From positions 512,001 through 576,000 of the forward strand of contig OY821645.1 of assembly GCA_963682135.1 (NCBI GenBank): 64,000 nt of DNA, given 5' to 3'. Numbering within the stretch: the first letter of the stretch is position 1; every line of letters begins with the position of its first letter. A program made the translations under genes and the position numbers. Under the pieces are notes generated by a model that had not been told where the DNA came from, searched no databases, and saw only the letters and a list, made by a program, of their open reading frames with translations. The DNA is from Methanothrix sp. (GTDB lineage Archaea; Halobacteriota; Methanosarcinia; Methanotrichales; Methanotrichaceae). Positions 19,427 through 29,480 of the stretch are shown here, piece after piece.

Positions 19427-21751
19427 CTAACTTTTCTCGATGGAGCTTTTTGGGCTTGGCTTTGCAGAACTCTTGGCTGCAGATTTGGCTGTTCCCAGTC
19501 CCAGTGCCTTGGCCAGCTCCCTGAGATCTCTTTTGCCGGGCTTTGCCGCTTTTGATCTCCAGGGCATTTGCGGCATCTCTTGGTCTGTATTAATCTCTGT
19601 CTTATTATGGGGTGTTTTATTCAGGTGAGGTTTGTCCATCTTCCAATCCGCGATCTTCTTTAAAATTATCTCTTTGCCCTCTCTTGCGTCTACCAGTATC
19701 AAATCTTCTCTCACCCAATCCGGCAAAAATTCATTGACGCTTCCCGGGCTGTTATCCCCAAACCTGCGATCGCAAAATAGGATCACGCCTCGTTCCAATT
19801 CGGAGCGAATGACTCTGCCGGCTGCCTGCAGTCCGCGGTTGACCGCCGGCAGGGTATAGGCGATGAGCATTCCTTTGGACCGGCCATACTTTCTGGTATA
19901 GTAGCCGTTGATCTCTTTTTGAATCTCATCGTATGCAGCCAGGGGCAGGCCCACCACGGCCACGCCGTTTAGTGCCTCGCCCTTGTAATCGATTCCCTCT
20001 GCCAGCTTTCCGCCACATACACCCGTCAAGACGCCGCCGCCCCTACCTGCCAGGCGGAAGAATTCCTGCAAGACAGAGGGGACTTCTTCGCTACTTCGAG
20101 GCTCGATACATAGCTTCTTTCCCGCTTTTTTGCAGGAGGTGAGACATACTTCCCGGTAATTGTTCATCATCGGGTAGGAGGTAAAGAAGATAGCTACGCT
20201 GCCGGGAACACATTCTATTATCGATCTGATGTGCCCGGATATCTCCTCCCTGTTATCCGCATCTTCCCTGATATCGAGCTGCGTCGTCGCCTTCTTTGCG
20301 GCCATTAGCAGACGGTTTTCTTTAGGGAAGGGATTGGGCAGGCTCAGTTTTTGAGCTCTGTTCTCTTCTCCCAGGCAGTACAGCTCATAGGCTTCCAGTG
20401 GCGAGAATGTACCGGAGAGCATAATAGTAGCATTGATGTTGTCGGTGATGCGCCTGATATTAATGGCCGGATCGATATTATTGACCTCCAGGCGCGCAAA
20501 TTTCTTGCCGCCACTTCCGCTCACCATGATCTTTCTCTGATAGGATGAATCCTTTTCTGCGGTCTCAACATCCATGAGATAAAGCAGCACCAGCGCAAGA
20601 CTGGGCTGAATATCGCCTTGCAGGTTCTCGCGATCGCCTTCCGCCAGATTCAGGTCGGCTACAGCCACGGCGACATCTGAGAAATTGGATAGTGCTTCAT
20701 CAATATTCTCGATCCCATTGTAAAGGAAGGTGCGAAATAGATCCGCGTCCAAGAGAGCCTCACTCTCTTGCATCCTCTCCTGTTTGCTCTGCAAAAATTT
20801 CCTCAATCTGGGAAGAAGCATGCGGATGACTCTGATTCCTTCCCTTCTCCAGGAAGCCTTTTCTCGCGTCTCTTCCAGCCGGGCCTGGCCGAGTGTACCT
20901 TCGAACTTCTCTACCTCTTTTTCCGCCATATCTATCATGCGCATGGAAAGAAGTCGCGAGTTCATGGCCCGCACGCCATCACCAAGGTTATGCGCCTCAT
21001 CTATGATCAGGGTAACCTTTTCGGATTCCATCTCCAGCCACTCAAAGATTATGTCTTGAAAGTCCGGGGAGAATAGATGGGAATAATTCATAATAACTAT
21101 GTCGCAATTTTTAGCATAAAGGCTCTGGATTTCGTAAGGACAGATTCCCTGGCAGGATTCCAAAAGTCGGGATGGTGGTGTGATCGTCTTTTTCAAGTTC
21201 TCCACTACATCCAGAGCAAGTCCTGACCGCCGGAAATGGACTGTACCGTTGAGATCGAAACCCTCTCTGCTTCTCAGGTAATAGGGACAGAAGGTTCTGT
21301 AACCTGGCTCCTCCTCCGGAATAATGTCGGAGGCAGGGTCATAGATGCTTGCGTTTCTCTTGCCGATCCTTGACGAGACATAATTTTTGGTCCACTCTTT
21401 TAGCCTTGAGCAGCCGGCATAGACGCTTTCCCCGCGAAATTCATCTTCCAGGGGACAGATCTTCTGCTTGCCTACCATATAGGCTATCTCCGGCCTGTGT
21501 CTGGTCTTTGACCAGATCTTGCTTATCTCTTCGATGTAGATATCGATCTGAGATACCGTTCGCACAGCCACGATGGTCTTTCCTGGAGCCGCAGCTAAGA
21601 CCGAGCAAATGCAGCTCGTCTTCCCAGTGCCGGTTGGCGCGTCTATCATCAGCACACCGTGGCCACCTTTGCTCACAATTTCATAGACCGCGTCCAACAT
21701 TCTATCCTGGTAAGGCCGGAGGGAATCATAGGGGAAATAGTCCAGGTACAC
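19427..21751 (-). CDS. XPD/Rad3/DinG-family Fe-S DNA helicase
   Basis: APTGTGKT, Cys cluster with CPY, IIDEAHNL, SGT, EGIDY, QAAGRVIRS. Confidence 0.92.
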   Translation of the reverse strand: MYLDYFPYDSLRPYQDRMLDAVYEIVSKGGHGVLMIDAPTGTGKTSCICSVLAAAPGKTIVAVRTVSQIDIYIEEISKIWSKTRHRPEIAYMVGKQKICPLEDEFRGESVYAGCSRLKEWTKNYVSSRIGKRNASIYDPASDIIPEEEPGYRTFCPYYLRSREGFDLNGTVHFRRSGLALDVVENLKKTITPPSRLLESCQGICPYEIQSLYAKNCDIVIMNYSHLFSPDFQDIIFEWLEMESEKVTLIIDEAHNLGDGVRAMNSRLLSMRMIDMAEKEVEKFEGTLGQARLEETREKASWRREGIRVIRMLLPRLRKFLQSKQERMQESEALLDADLFRTFLYNGIENIDEALSNFSDVAVAVADLNLAEGDRENLQGDIQPSLALVLLYLMDVETAEKDSSYQRKIMVSGSGGKKFARLEVNNIDPAINIRRITDNINATIMLSGTFSPLEAYELYCLGEENRAQKLSLPNPFPKENRLLMAAKKATTQLDIREDADNREEISGHIRSIIECVPGSVAIFFTSYPMMNNYREVCLTSCKKAGKKLCIEPRSSEEVPSVLQEFFRLAGRGGGVLTGVCGGKLAEGIDYKGEALNGVAVVGLPLAAYDEIQKEINGYYTRKYGRSKGMLIAYTLPAVNRGLQAAGRVIRSELERGVILFCDRRFGDNSPGSVNEFLPDWVREDLILVDAREGKEIILKKIADWKMDKPHLNKTPHNKTEINTDQEMPQMPWRSKAAKPGKRDLRELAKALGLGTAKSAAKSSAKPSPKSSIEKS

Positions 21752-21865
21752 ATGAGTTGGATAATACTAGGAAGAGATAAATGCTCTCCACAGGGTGAAA
21801 ATGAAATTTGTTATAGAAAAGTTAAAATTGTATTGGAGACTTGATAAATTAAGGGAGCACATGAG

Positions 21866-22459
21866 GTGGGAATTATGAAGCGGATCATAGTAATCTTATT
21901 AATGCTCTTAACAGCGGCAGATCTTCTATTAGCGGCGGCATTGTCGAGTGAATCCGGCTTTGCGAGCATCCTCGGGCCGGATGGAGATGTTATCTCAACA
22001 CCTGGAACAGATACTAAGAAGGTGGAGGATAGGATGGCTGAGGCTTTGGCCAGCCTTGATTCCTGGAAAAAGGCCCGGGCAAAAGAGAAGACAGAGCCGG
22101 TTGTCGGCAACAAAGACCAAACCGAATTGACCTCCATACCTTCTCTTAATTCAACTGAAGCTAATTCGATTCAAGCTAACTCAACTGAGGCCAATTCAAC
22201 TTCAGACAATTCAACCTCGGACAATTTAACCTCGGACAATAATAGCATCATCAGTCCACTCGGCAATTCATCCCCTGCAAATAGCCCCACCGGCATGCAA
22301 AATGTTGGTTCCAGCTCCGAAGGGAAGTTCAAAGGTTTCTACGGCATGACTGCTTCCCGGCATGAGATAGGCAAAAGCGGCATAGATTCCCACATGTTTT
22401 TAAGCGGGAACTTTGAGATGGACAAGACTGTCAAATTCCATGACCAGGGCATCGATTAA
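21866..22459 (+). CDS. Secreted hypothetical protein with N-x-S/T-rich linker
   Basis: N-terminal hydrophobic signal; NSTEANSIQANSTEANSTSDNSTSDNLTSD. Confidence 0.8.
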   Translation: MGIMKRIIVILLMLLTAADLLLAAALSSESGFASILGPDGDVISTPGTDTKKVEDRMAEALASLDSWKKARAKEKTEPVVGNKDQTELTSIPSLNSTEANSIQANSTEANSTSDNSTSDNLTSDNNSIISPLGNSSPANSPTGMQNVGSSSEGKFKGFYGMTASRHEIGKSGIDSHMFLSGNFEMDKTVKFHDQGID

Positions 22460-22476
22460 GTCAGGGAGTCCGAGAG

Positions 22477-23679
22477 ATGAAACTTTCTTTTATCTTTTTC
22501 CTCCTCTTTTTTCTCGGCTGTCTTTCAGCCTCAGCGGCAGAGCCTCTGGAAGAGTGGAATTTAACCTTTGGGGGGCAGTACGCAGATGGCGCCTGGTGTT
22601 TGCAGGAGACAGAGGATGGCGGCTATATCCTGGTGGGAAATTCGGCTTCAAGGGGTGAGGGAAGCGACCTGTTCCTGATCAGGACCGACAGCATGGGGAA
22701 ATGCATCTGGAGCCGGATTTGGGGAGGATCAGCCGAGGACGTAGGATACTTCGTGCAAGAGACGAAAGAAGGCGGATTTATTATTACGGGGAGCACAAAA
22801 TCCTATTCCATGGGCGAGGAGCTGCTCTGGCTTGTCAAGACGGACGGCAATGGCAACCTCAGTTGGGACAGAACCTTTGGCGGATTTGTATCTTCCTCAG
22901 GGGATGGCGGATGGTCTGTGGATGAGACCGATGACGGGGGCTACATCATCACCGGATACACTCAATCTCTGGGAAGCGGCAGAAAAGATCTCTGGCTGCT
23001 GAAGACCGATGGACAGGGAGCCAAGATCTGGGATAAGGCCTTTGGAGGAAGGGAAGATGATGTGGGCATGTCCGTCTTGCAGAGCCGGGACGGTGGGTAT
23101 ATTGCAGCAGGGCGGACTGCATCCTTCACCAGGGGTGGAGACGACATCTGGCTCCTTAAGACTGATTCTCTGGGAGAAGAGCAATGGAATAAGACCTTTG
23201 GCGGCAACCTGGATGATGCCGGCTTTCAGGTTGTAGAGCTTGCAGACGGATATGCGGTTGTTGGCAGGACCGAATCCGGCTCGGATAGGGAGAAGATAAT
23301 TCTCATAAAAGTGGACCCAAACGGCCGGAGACTGTGGGAGAGATCTTACGAGGGAAGTTCAGCTTCATCTCTGCAGTCGACTGCAGAAGGCGGCTATATC
23401 ATTGCAGGAAGAATCGACAATAAGAGTACTGGAAGAGATGCTCTCATCATTAAGACCGATTCCACAGGCCGCGAAGAGTGGTCGATGATCTTGGGCGGGA
23501 TCGCTGATGATATCGGCACTTTTGTCGTTTCGAACAAAGACGGTTCCTATACAATGGCAGGCATTACAGATTCCTATGGACAGGGAAGGGAAGATGCCTG
23601 GCTGGTCAGGATTCGAGCAGAATCACAGATCAAGGAAAATGAGACACAAATGCGGCATTTAGTTTTTCCTAGCTCTTAG
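22477..23679 (+). CDS. Secreted beta-propeller-like repeat protein
   Basis: Signal peptide; repeats of Q-T-x-DGGYI-x-x-G...D-x-WL-x-KTD-x-x-G...W-x-x-TFGG. Confidence 0.85.
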   Translation: MKLSFIFFLLFFLGCLSASAAEPLEEWNLTFGGQYADGAWCLQETEDGGYILVGNSASRGEGSDLFLIRTDSMGKCIWSRIWGGSAEDVGYFVQETKEGGFIITGSTKSYSMGEELLWLVKTDGNGNLSWDRTFGGFVSSSGDGGWSVDETDDGGYIITGYTQSLGSGRKDLWLLKTDGQGAKIWDKAFGGREDDVGMSVLQSRDGGYIAAGRTASFTRGGDDIWLLKTDSLGEEQWNKTFGGNLDDAGFQVVELADGYAVVGRTESGSDREKIILIKVDPNGRRLWERSYEGSSASSLQSTAEGGYIIAGRIDNKSTGRDALIIKTDSTGREEWSMILGGIADDIGTFVVSNKDGSYTMAGITDSYGQGREDAWLVRIRAESQIKENETQMRHLVFPSS

Positions 23680-23720
23680 ATTGGAAAAATTTTTAAAAGA
23701 TGAAAGGCATATAGCCACTG

Positions 23721-24437
23721 ATGCATACGCCCGTCAGAATCCATGAAATCGGCCTCTATCTGCGCTGCCCCCGGCTTATTTTCTTTGAAAATCTGAGAAA
23801 TACTTCCAGGAAGATCGATGCCAAGCATATCCTTTTGCATAGCCTCATGCTCTCCATTTCCCAAAAAAATGATCTGGAAGGCCAGCTAAGAGAGACCCTG
23901 GCTAGATTGCAGGAGGAGTTGCCTCTGGTTTATGAGATTGATCCGGTTGAAGTCGAGCAGGCCTGTCGGGAACTGGAAGGAGAGATTGCCGGTATTGCCC
24001 GGGGTCTGGCCGGGCAGCTGGATCTTCTGCTTCCCTGCCAGGCAGAGGTTGACCTATATTCCGATAAATTGGGATTGTCAGGTAGATTGGACCGGCTGAC
24101 AGCGGGCGGCACCCCCAGCCTCATTCGCACCGGCAAAGCCCCGCAGGACGGCATCTGGAAAAGAGACCGGCTCATGCTGGCGGGCTATGCTCTTCTTTTG
24201 GGCGAGAAGCAGAGGACGCACATAAATCAAGGACTGGTGGAGTATCCGCGCCAGGGCCTGGTGCGGTCTGCCGAGATTTACAGCGTGGATAGAGCACGAG
24301 TGCTGCGCATTCGGGATAGAATAAAACAGATAAAAGAGGGCCAGCTTCCAGACCGGCCCGAGGATGCACCCTGCCCGGATTGCGAGGCGAGAGAGATCTG
24401 CGAGACGAGGCACAGTCTGGCGTCGAGATTTTTTTAG
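23721..24437 (+). CDS. Solo Cas4/Dna2-like (RecB-fold, Fe-S) protein
   Basis: YLRCPR, GLSGRLDRL, LAGYALLL, C-terminal CPDCEAREIC; no other cas genes or array nearby. Confidence 0.85.
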   Translation: MHTPVRIHEIGLYLRCPRLIFFENLRNTSRKIDAKHILLHSLMLSISQKNDLEGQLRETLARLQEELPLVYEIDPVEVEQACRELEGEIAGIARGLAGQLDLLLPCQAEVDLYSDKLGLSGRLDRLTAGGTPSLIRTGKAPQDGIWKRDRLMLAGYALLLGEKQRTHINQGLVEYPRQGLVRSAEIYSVDRARVLRIRDRIKQIKEGQLPDRPEDAPCPDCEAREICETRHSLASRFF

Positions 24438-24644
24438 GGGTAATTCTCTGGCGCTTCGAAGCTGATGGTAGAGTGCGATGTTCTTGGTTTATTGGATGAT
24501 TATTGGGATAGTGACTTCTATTTCGCTTCAAGTTCAATAGCAGTAGGTAGGCATTCATCCTACCACTTGTTGGGAGCGAGTCTTCTGCCTGCAGTGGAAG
24601 CTGTTAACTGTTTTTGCCAGGCCGCAAAAAAGTTTTTAGCCTAA

Positions 24645-25016
24645 CTACCTGGCAAAGACGTCGTTAAACATCAGGCATTGGACTATTTTCGCATTAACTT
24701 GTCGTTTAAGATCGGAATCTGCCTCTCCTAGGATGCCTTTGATAAACGTTTTTTCTATGGTGGCAATTTTATCTATTAAGATGATGGAAGTCTTTTTCAA
24801 TCCGGTGGCTTCGAAGGAGGAAACCCCTTTAAAAATTGGCAAGTCGGTCAGCAATAATATTTTGGGTATCTCACTGGTTATGGCAGCCACAGTTACATCT
24901 AAGTACCCTTCGTAGAGAACTAGTGCCGGCCTCAGCTTTTGGCCATACAAATCTGAAAATGGGAAGTCAATTAGAATAATACTCCCTTTGGGCACTATCG
25001 GCGGCGCTTCGGACAT
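24645..25016 (-). CDS. PemK/MazF-family toxin
   Basis: GSIILIDFPFSDL..KLRPALVL, VAAITS, TGLKKTS, DKIATI. Confidence 0.9.
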   Translation of the reverse strand: MSEAPPIVPKGSIILIDFPFSDLYGQKLRPALVLYEGYLDVTVAAITSEIPKILLLTDLPIFKGVSSFEATGLKKTSIILIDKIATIEKTFIKGILGEADSDLKRQVNAKIVQCLMFNDVFAR

Positions 25017-25019
25017 TGT

Positions 25020-25250
25020 TTATCTGAATCGCACTTTAAGGTCTTCGACGGTATAGATATCTGGTTCGTTTTCGAAAACGCTGGCCAGAGATTTCTCAGA
25101 GAGTATCATGAGGCCTCTGGCAATCGCCCTATCTTCGTCAAGAGGGATTTCGGTCAAGTCGTTCGGTTTGTTTGGCACAATCTGACTTTCTTGATTGTCA
25201 TGCATACCCGCCACCCCGTCATCTCCTGTCATATGCTTCAATTTCGACAT
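25020..25250 (-). CDS. Putative antitoxin of the PemK/MazF module
   Basis: Small acidic ORF ending 3 nt before the toxin start; LSEKSLASVFENEPDIYTVEDLKVRF. Confidence 0.72.
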   Translation of the reverse strand: MSKLKHMTGDDGVAGMHDNQESQIVPNKPNDLTEIPLDEDRAIARGLMILSEKSLASVFENEPDIYTVEDLKVRFR

Positions 25251-25288
25251 CTTAGGTTATAGTACTTTCGTTCTTCTGTCCAATCATA

Positions 25289-25725
25289 GGGGTCTGGCCG
25301 GGCAGCTGGATCTTCTGCTTCCCTGCCAGGCAGAGGTTGACCTATATTCCGATAAATTGGGATTGTCAGGTAGACTGGACCGGCTGACAGCGGGCGGCAC
25401 CCCCAGCCTCATTCGCACCGGCAAAGCCCCGCAGGACGGCATCTGGAAAAGAGACCGGCTCATGCTGGCGGGCTATGCTCTTCTTTTGGGCGAGAAGCAG
25501 AGGACGCACATAAATCAAGGACTGGTGGAGTATCCGCGCCAGGGCCTGGTGCGGGCTGTTGAGATTTACAGCGTGGATAGAGCACGAGTGCTGCGCATTC
25601 GGGATAGAATAAAACAGATAAAAGAGGGCCAGCTTCCCGACCGGCCCGAGGATGCACCCTGCCCGGATTGCGAGGCGAGAGAGATCTGCGAGACGAGGCA
25701 CAGTCTGGCGTCAAGATTTTTTTAA
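25289..25725 (+). pseudogene. 5'-truncated copy of the cas4-like gene (437 bp, equals 24001-24437)
   Basis: Direct repeat with about 7 mismatches by manual comparison; identity ends at the stop codon. Confidence 0.93.
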
Positions 25726-26054
25726 GCCAGATTCTATTTTGCTTCGAGCTTGAGGGAGAAGGTGCTGAATTATCTATCGACGGCAGACTATGGGGTGTTG
25801 GGCTGGAGGAGAGGGCCTGCAACCCCGCTCGACCGCAACAAGAGCCTCCAGAGCGAGCCCCCGGCCTCCTGGCGTGCGTCCTGCCGTCCATCCGTGCTCG
25901 ACCTGATCCTCGCAATCCATGCAGCTGAGATGGCCACCGTGCTCCTGCTCGGCCAGGATCTGGCCGCGCTCCCGGCAGAAGTGCGCAGGCAACCATGCAG
26001 GCTTACTCATGAGGTTGCCCTGGAAACGAGATGCGATCTGAATAAATCCGAACC

Positions 26055-27686
26055 CTATGACAACGATACCTCCCACAACTCGCCTGGTTTCCAGGAAGCG
26101 GTTCCTTCAATACTTGATCCATCTGCTGAGATGGTTCCGGTATAGTACCCCGAATTTCCATGCCGGAATAAAGTAATTTGATCTCCCTCGATTGACTGAA
26201 TATCGATAATATCAGTAATCAGTCCTCCCGACCATGAAGCGTCAATGGTTTTTACATCATCCCGAACAACCCACTCTCCATCCCAGCTACCGCTTTGACC
26301 ATATTCTTTTACAATCCAAGATGCACCTGGCGCGAATAGTGGGCCCAGGCCGTTCCAGATAGATCTTTTTGCAGCTTCGCCAGATGTCTCGGGAACCGGG
26401 TTTCTATAGCTCCCAACTGGTGCCAGGTCGTCTAAGAGATGAGAGTCATCATCATAAGTTCCTGAATTCCACTGATCCGCCGTATCTGCTCCTTCTTGGG
26501 ATCCATCGCAGTCTTTCACCCAGGTGTAGTTGTACATTATTACCGGTCCTGAAGGGAATCCCATTTTTAAAAACCTTTTATCGCCCTCTCTTCCAGCACC
26601 AATACTTTCCACATACATCATACTCTCAGGTCCGGTATGGGCCGTGGGTCCACACCCATTCACGCTATCACCATGCCAATGAAATATCCTCGTACCGCTG
26701 AAGGGACCAGTTCCACTGAAGCTTTGTTCTGGGAAATTAAAACCCGATCCGCGATGATTATATGATTCACCAATATATTGGTAGGGAACCTCAGCCCAAT
26801 CACTGCGCCACTCTAAATACCAATTCCTCCCATCCCAGTTTATCTGGCCAGGCTCTTTAGCCTTTTTGGAAGCGACTATGGTAAGAGGTATGTTGAGCTC
26901 ATATCCAGGATACAGCACACTCTGTGGTGCGTCCCATTTGACGGTATATTCAATAGTAGAATACCAAGTTTTGTCCCATTTACTTCTTACATTTTCCTTT
27001 ACTTCAATTTCGCCATCTAAATCATCATTGAGACCACCATTCCAATAGTAATTATTGATAAAATTACCCGTATATTCATCGTCAGGATAATTTTCCTGCA
27101 CAGTAATGATTTCTCCGTTAATCAATTTCCAGTATCCGCTCGCCTTACTACACTTATCAGAATCGATCTGACTATGGTGGACAGAGACTGCTGAGGTCCT
27201 TTTCTTTTCACCGCCAACGTCATCAGGAACTGGTTGTCCCTCAACTGCTTCGCAACCATCTTCTATAACTTTGTCAGATGTTTCGGGAACCCCCATGACC
27301 TTGGTGAACCCGCAGGGTGATTCTGAGTTCTGAGTCCATGTGGCCGGGTCCGAGTCTTCGACAGTATAGGACCCCGCAGACAGGATCACGTTGGGATGGG
27401 CAATCCAATTAGCGTTAGGCACACCGCTTGAGCCAGGCGTGGTCTCAACATTCCATGGTCCATAGAGGGTACCATCATCCTTTCGTAGGCCGATCGTTCC
27501 TCCTGGTGCACCTTTGCCGTAGTTCCAGTGATATGTATCTATGTAGGTAATCCTCTGTGGTTCCAAGATAGTGAAAATTGGGCTACATGTGGGATTATTG
27601 TCCCCAAAACCTGTATTCCAGCTGTCATAGATTGTTGCTGCTTGCCCGAATGCTGGCGTGCACAACAGCACGGCCAAAACTGCCAA
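26055..27686 (-). CDS. Secreted multidomain hypothetical protein
   Basis: 543-aa ORF with signal-like N-terminus (LAVLAVLLCTPAFG); TYHWNYGKG domain; AT-richer middle; start codon uncertain. Confidence 0.8.
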   Translation of the reverse strand: MAVLAVLLCTPAFGQAATIYDSWNTGFGDNNPTCSPIFTILEPQRITYIDTYHWNYGKGAPGGTIGLRKDDGTLYGPWNVETTPGSSGVPNANWIAHPNVILSAGSYTVEDSDPATWTQNSESPCGFTKVMGVPETSDKVIEDGCEAVEGQPVPDDVGGEKKRTSAVSVHHSQIDSDKCSKASGYWKLINGEIITVQENYPDDEYTGNFINNYYWNGGLNDDLDGEIEVKENVRSKWDKTWYSTIEYTVKWDAPQSVLYPGYELNIPLTIVASKKAKEPGQINWDGRNWYLEWRSDWAEVPYQYIGESYNHRGSGFNFPEQSFSGTGPFSGTRIFHWHGDSVNGCGPTAHTGPESMMYVESIGAGREGDKRFLKMGFPSGPVIMYNYTWVKDCDGSQEGADTADQWNSGTYDDDSHLLDDLAPVGSYRNPVPETSGEAAKRSIWNGLGPLFAPGASWIVKEYGQSGSWDGEWVVRDDVKTIDASWSGGLITDIIDIQSIEGDQITLFRHGNSGYYTGTISADGSSIEGTASWKPGELWEVSLS

Positions 27687-27775
27687 TATCGGGAAAAAAT
27701 TTAGTCGAATAGATATCTCTCCATGTTAACATAATTATCATATAAATGATAAATTTTGCGGGACCGTCTACTCGG

Positions 27776-27946
27776 ATCATCGGGTTCGTTTTCATAGACT
27801 CTGGCCAGCGATTTCTCGGAGAGTGTCATAAGGCCCCTAGTAATCGTTTTATCTTCTTCAAAAGGGTCTTCAGTCAAGTCATTCAGTTTGCTTGGCGTAG
27901 CCTGCTTCGTTTGATGGTTTTGCGGAACCTGATCATCCCCAATCAT
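27776..27946 (-). pseudogene. Diverged, 3'-disrupted paralogue of the 25020-25250 antitoxin with no toxin partner
   Basis: NDLTEDPFEEDKTITRGLMTLSEKSLARVYENEPD aligns with NDLTEIPLDEDRAIARGLMILSEKSLASVFENEPD; similarity stops after EPD. Confidence 0.78.
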
Positions 27947-27962
27947 GCAAATTTATTTCATA

Positions 27963-28157
27963 TATCCGTGCCAGGGCCTGGTGCGGGCTGCCGAGATTTG
28001 CAGCGAAGATAGGGCGCGAGTGCTGCGCATTTGGGATAGAATTGGGCAGATAAAAGAGGGCCAGCTTCCCGACCGGCCCCAGGATGCTCCCTGCCCGGAT
28101 TGCGAGGCGAGAGAGATCTGCAGGGCGAGGCACAGTCTGGCGTCGAGATTTTTTTGG
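27963..28157 (+). pseudogene. Third, shorter copy of the cas4-like 3' end (equals 24243-24437)
   Basis: 195-bp direct repeat with about 19 mismatches; stop TAG changed to TGG. Confidence 0.9.
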
Positions 28158-28188
28158 CTTCGCAGTTCGAATTCATATTGCACCCAAA

Positions 28189-29340
28189 TTATTCAAACAA
28201 CATAACCTCCACCGTCTCCCCTGCATCCAGCCCCTCCTTCTCCTCGGACACTACCACAAAGCCATTCGCCTTTGCCACTGAGCTGAGAATACCCGCGCCT
28301 GAGATCATGATAGGCTCGGCCTCGCCATCCTTGAGGGTCACTCTGACCATGCTCAAATAGTTCGGTCGCGATGGAATCTTTCTCGCCAGACGCGCTGAGA
28401 CTCTTGGCTGATGGTCGGAGCGGTGGCCTATCTTTTGCAGAGCCGGTCGCACGAAAAGATAGAGATCGGATAGCGCCGCCACTGGATAGCCGGGCAGGCA
28501 GACGACAGGCTTGCCCGCCACGGCTCCAAAAGCGGTAGGTTTTCCCGGCTGCAGGCGCACGCCATGAACAAAAAGCTCTCCCATCTCTTCCAGCACCCGA
28601 GGAGCATAGTCCTTTTCACCCACCGAGGTTCCGCCGATTATTATGATCATATCCGCATCTGCGGAAGATGAGATGGCCTCGCGAATGAGTCCTTCGTCAT
28701 CCGGGACGATATCGGTTTTCTTGGCCCGCGCGCCCCATTTTTCTGCGTAGAGACGGGCCATGAGTCCGTTGATCTCGTATGCTTCGCCGGCGCAAAGCGT
28801 GCGCAGTCCAATAGGTACCAGCTCTCCTCCTGTGGGGATGACGACAACCTTGGGCCTTTCATAAACCGATACTTCGCCGATTCCGAGAGCAGAGAGCATT
28901 GCCACATCAGGGGGCCGAAGGGTGTGGCCCTCAGAAAAAACCGTTTCACCAACGCTTATGTCCTCGCCGATGCGAGAGACATTCTTGTAAGCATGCAGCT
29001 GCGTTGTGATCTCTAAAGTTGTCCCGCGCATCCTGCAATCCTCACTCATCACCACGGCATCGTAACACCCCGGAACAGGCATACCGGTACGTAGGGCCAG
29101 GAAATTATCCAGAAGAGCGGGGGCGTTAGGCTTTGCGCCTTTTGTGTCCTCGGACCGCACGGCAAATCCGTCCATGGCCGCCCGATCAAAGCCCGGCAGG
29201 CTCACGGGAGAGCGGATATCTTCCGACAAAATCCGGCCTGATGCCTGCATGCCTGGCAGGTGTTCTGTCCGCTGTAAAGGTAAGCAGCGATCGAGAAGCA
29301 TATCTTTTGCCGCTGCTGCTCCGCGAAAACGTCTAAACAT
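28189..29340 (-). CDS. moeA: Molybdopterin molybdenumtransferase
   Basis: FDRAAMDGFAV, TGGEL, GGTSVGEKD, QPGKP, LPGYP. Confidence 0.93.
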   Translation of the reverse strand: MFRRFRGAAAAKDMLLDRCLPLQRTEHLPGMQASGRILSEDIRSPVSLPGFDRAAMDGFAVRSEDTKGAKPNAPALLDNFLALRTGMPVPGCYDAVVMSEDCRMRGTTLEITTQLHAYKNVSRIGEDISVGETVFSEGHTLRPPDVAMLSALGIGEVSVYERPKVVVIPTGGELVPIGLRTLCAGEAYEINGLMARLYAEKWGARAKKTDIVPDDEGLIREAISSSADADMIIIIGGTSVGEKDYAPRVLEEMGELFVHGVRLQPGKPTAFGAVAGKPVVCLPGYPVAALSDLYLFVRPALQKIGHRSDHQPRVSARLARKIPSRPNYLSMVRVTLKDGEAEPIMISGAGILSSVAKANGFVVVSEEKEGLDAGETVEVMLFE

Positions 29341-29480
29341 GCAAAAGTCTTGTCAGCCATCTCCTGGATATATGCTTTTGTATATTTTCAGGAGATCGTG
29401 TGAAAGCTTCATATAATGTAAAGAGGGAGAGGTGGGCAGATACTGACGGTATAATGAAGAATGAAGAATCATAACGGTGG

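Noticed and set aside
25195-25725. 176-aa ORF as an independent Cas4 paralogue
   Set aside because: Its first ~31 codons are antisense antitoxin and spacer sequence fused by chance to the duplicated fragment; the N-terminal Fe-S Cys is missing
25730-26050. GC-rich stretch with short ORFs in several frames
   Set aside because: May be a foreign gene remnant, but I cannot recognise any family
23721-28157. CRISPR-Cas locus
   Set aside because: Only a solo cas4-like gene; no cas1/cas2, effector genes or repeat-spacer array
24243-28157. DGR template/variable repeat pair (12 of about 19 differences between copies 1 and 3 fall on copy-1 adenines)
   Set aside because: Seven differences are at non-A positions, the intact gene would have to be the template, and no reverse transcriptase is in the window
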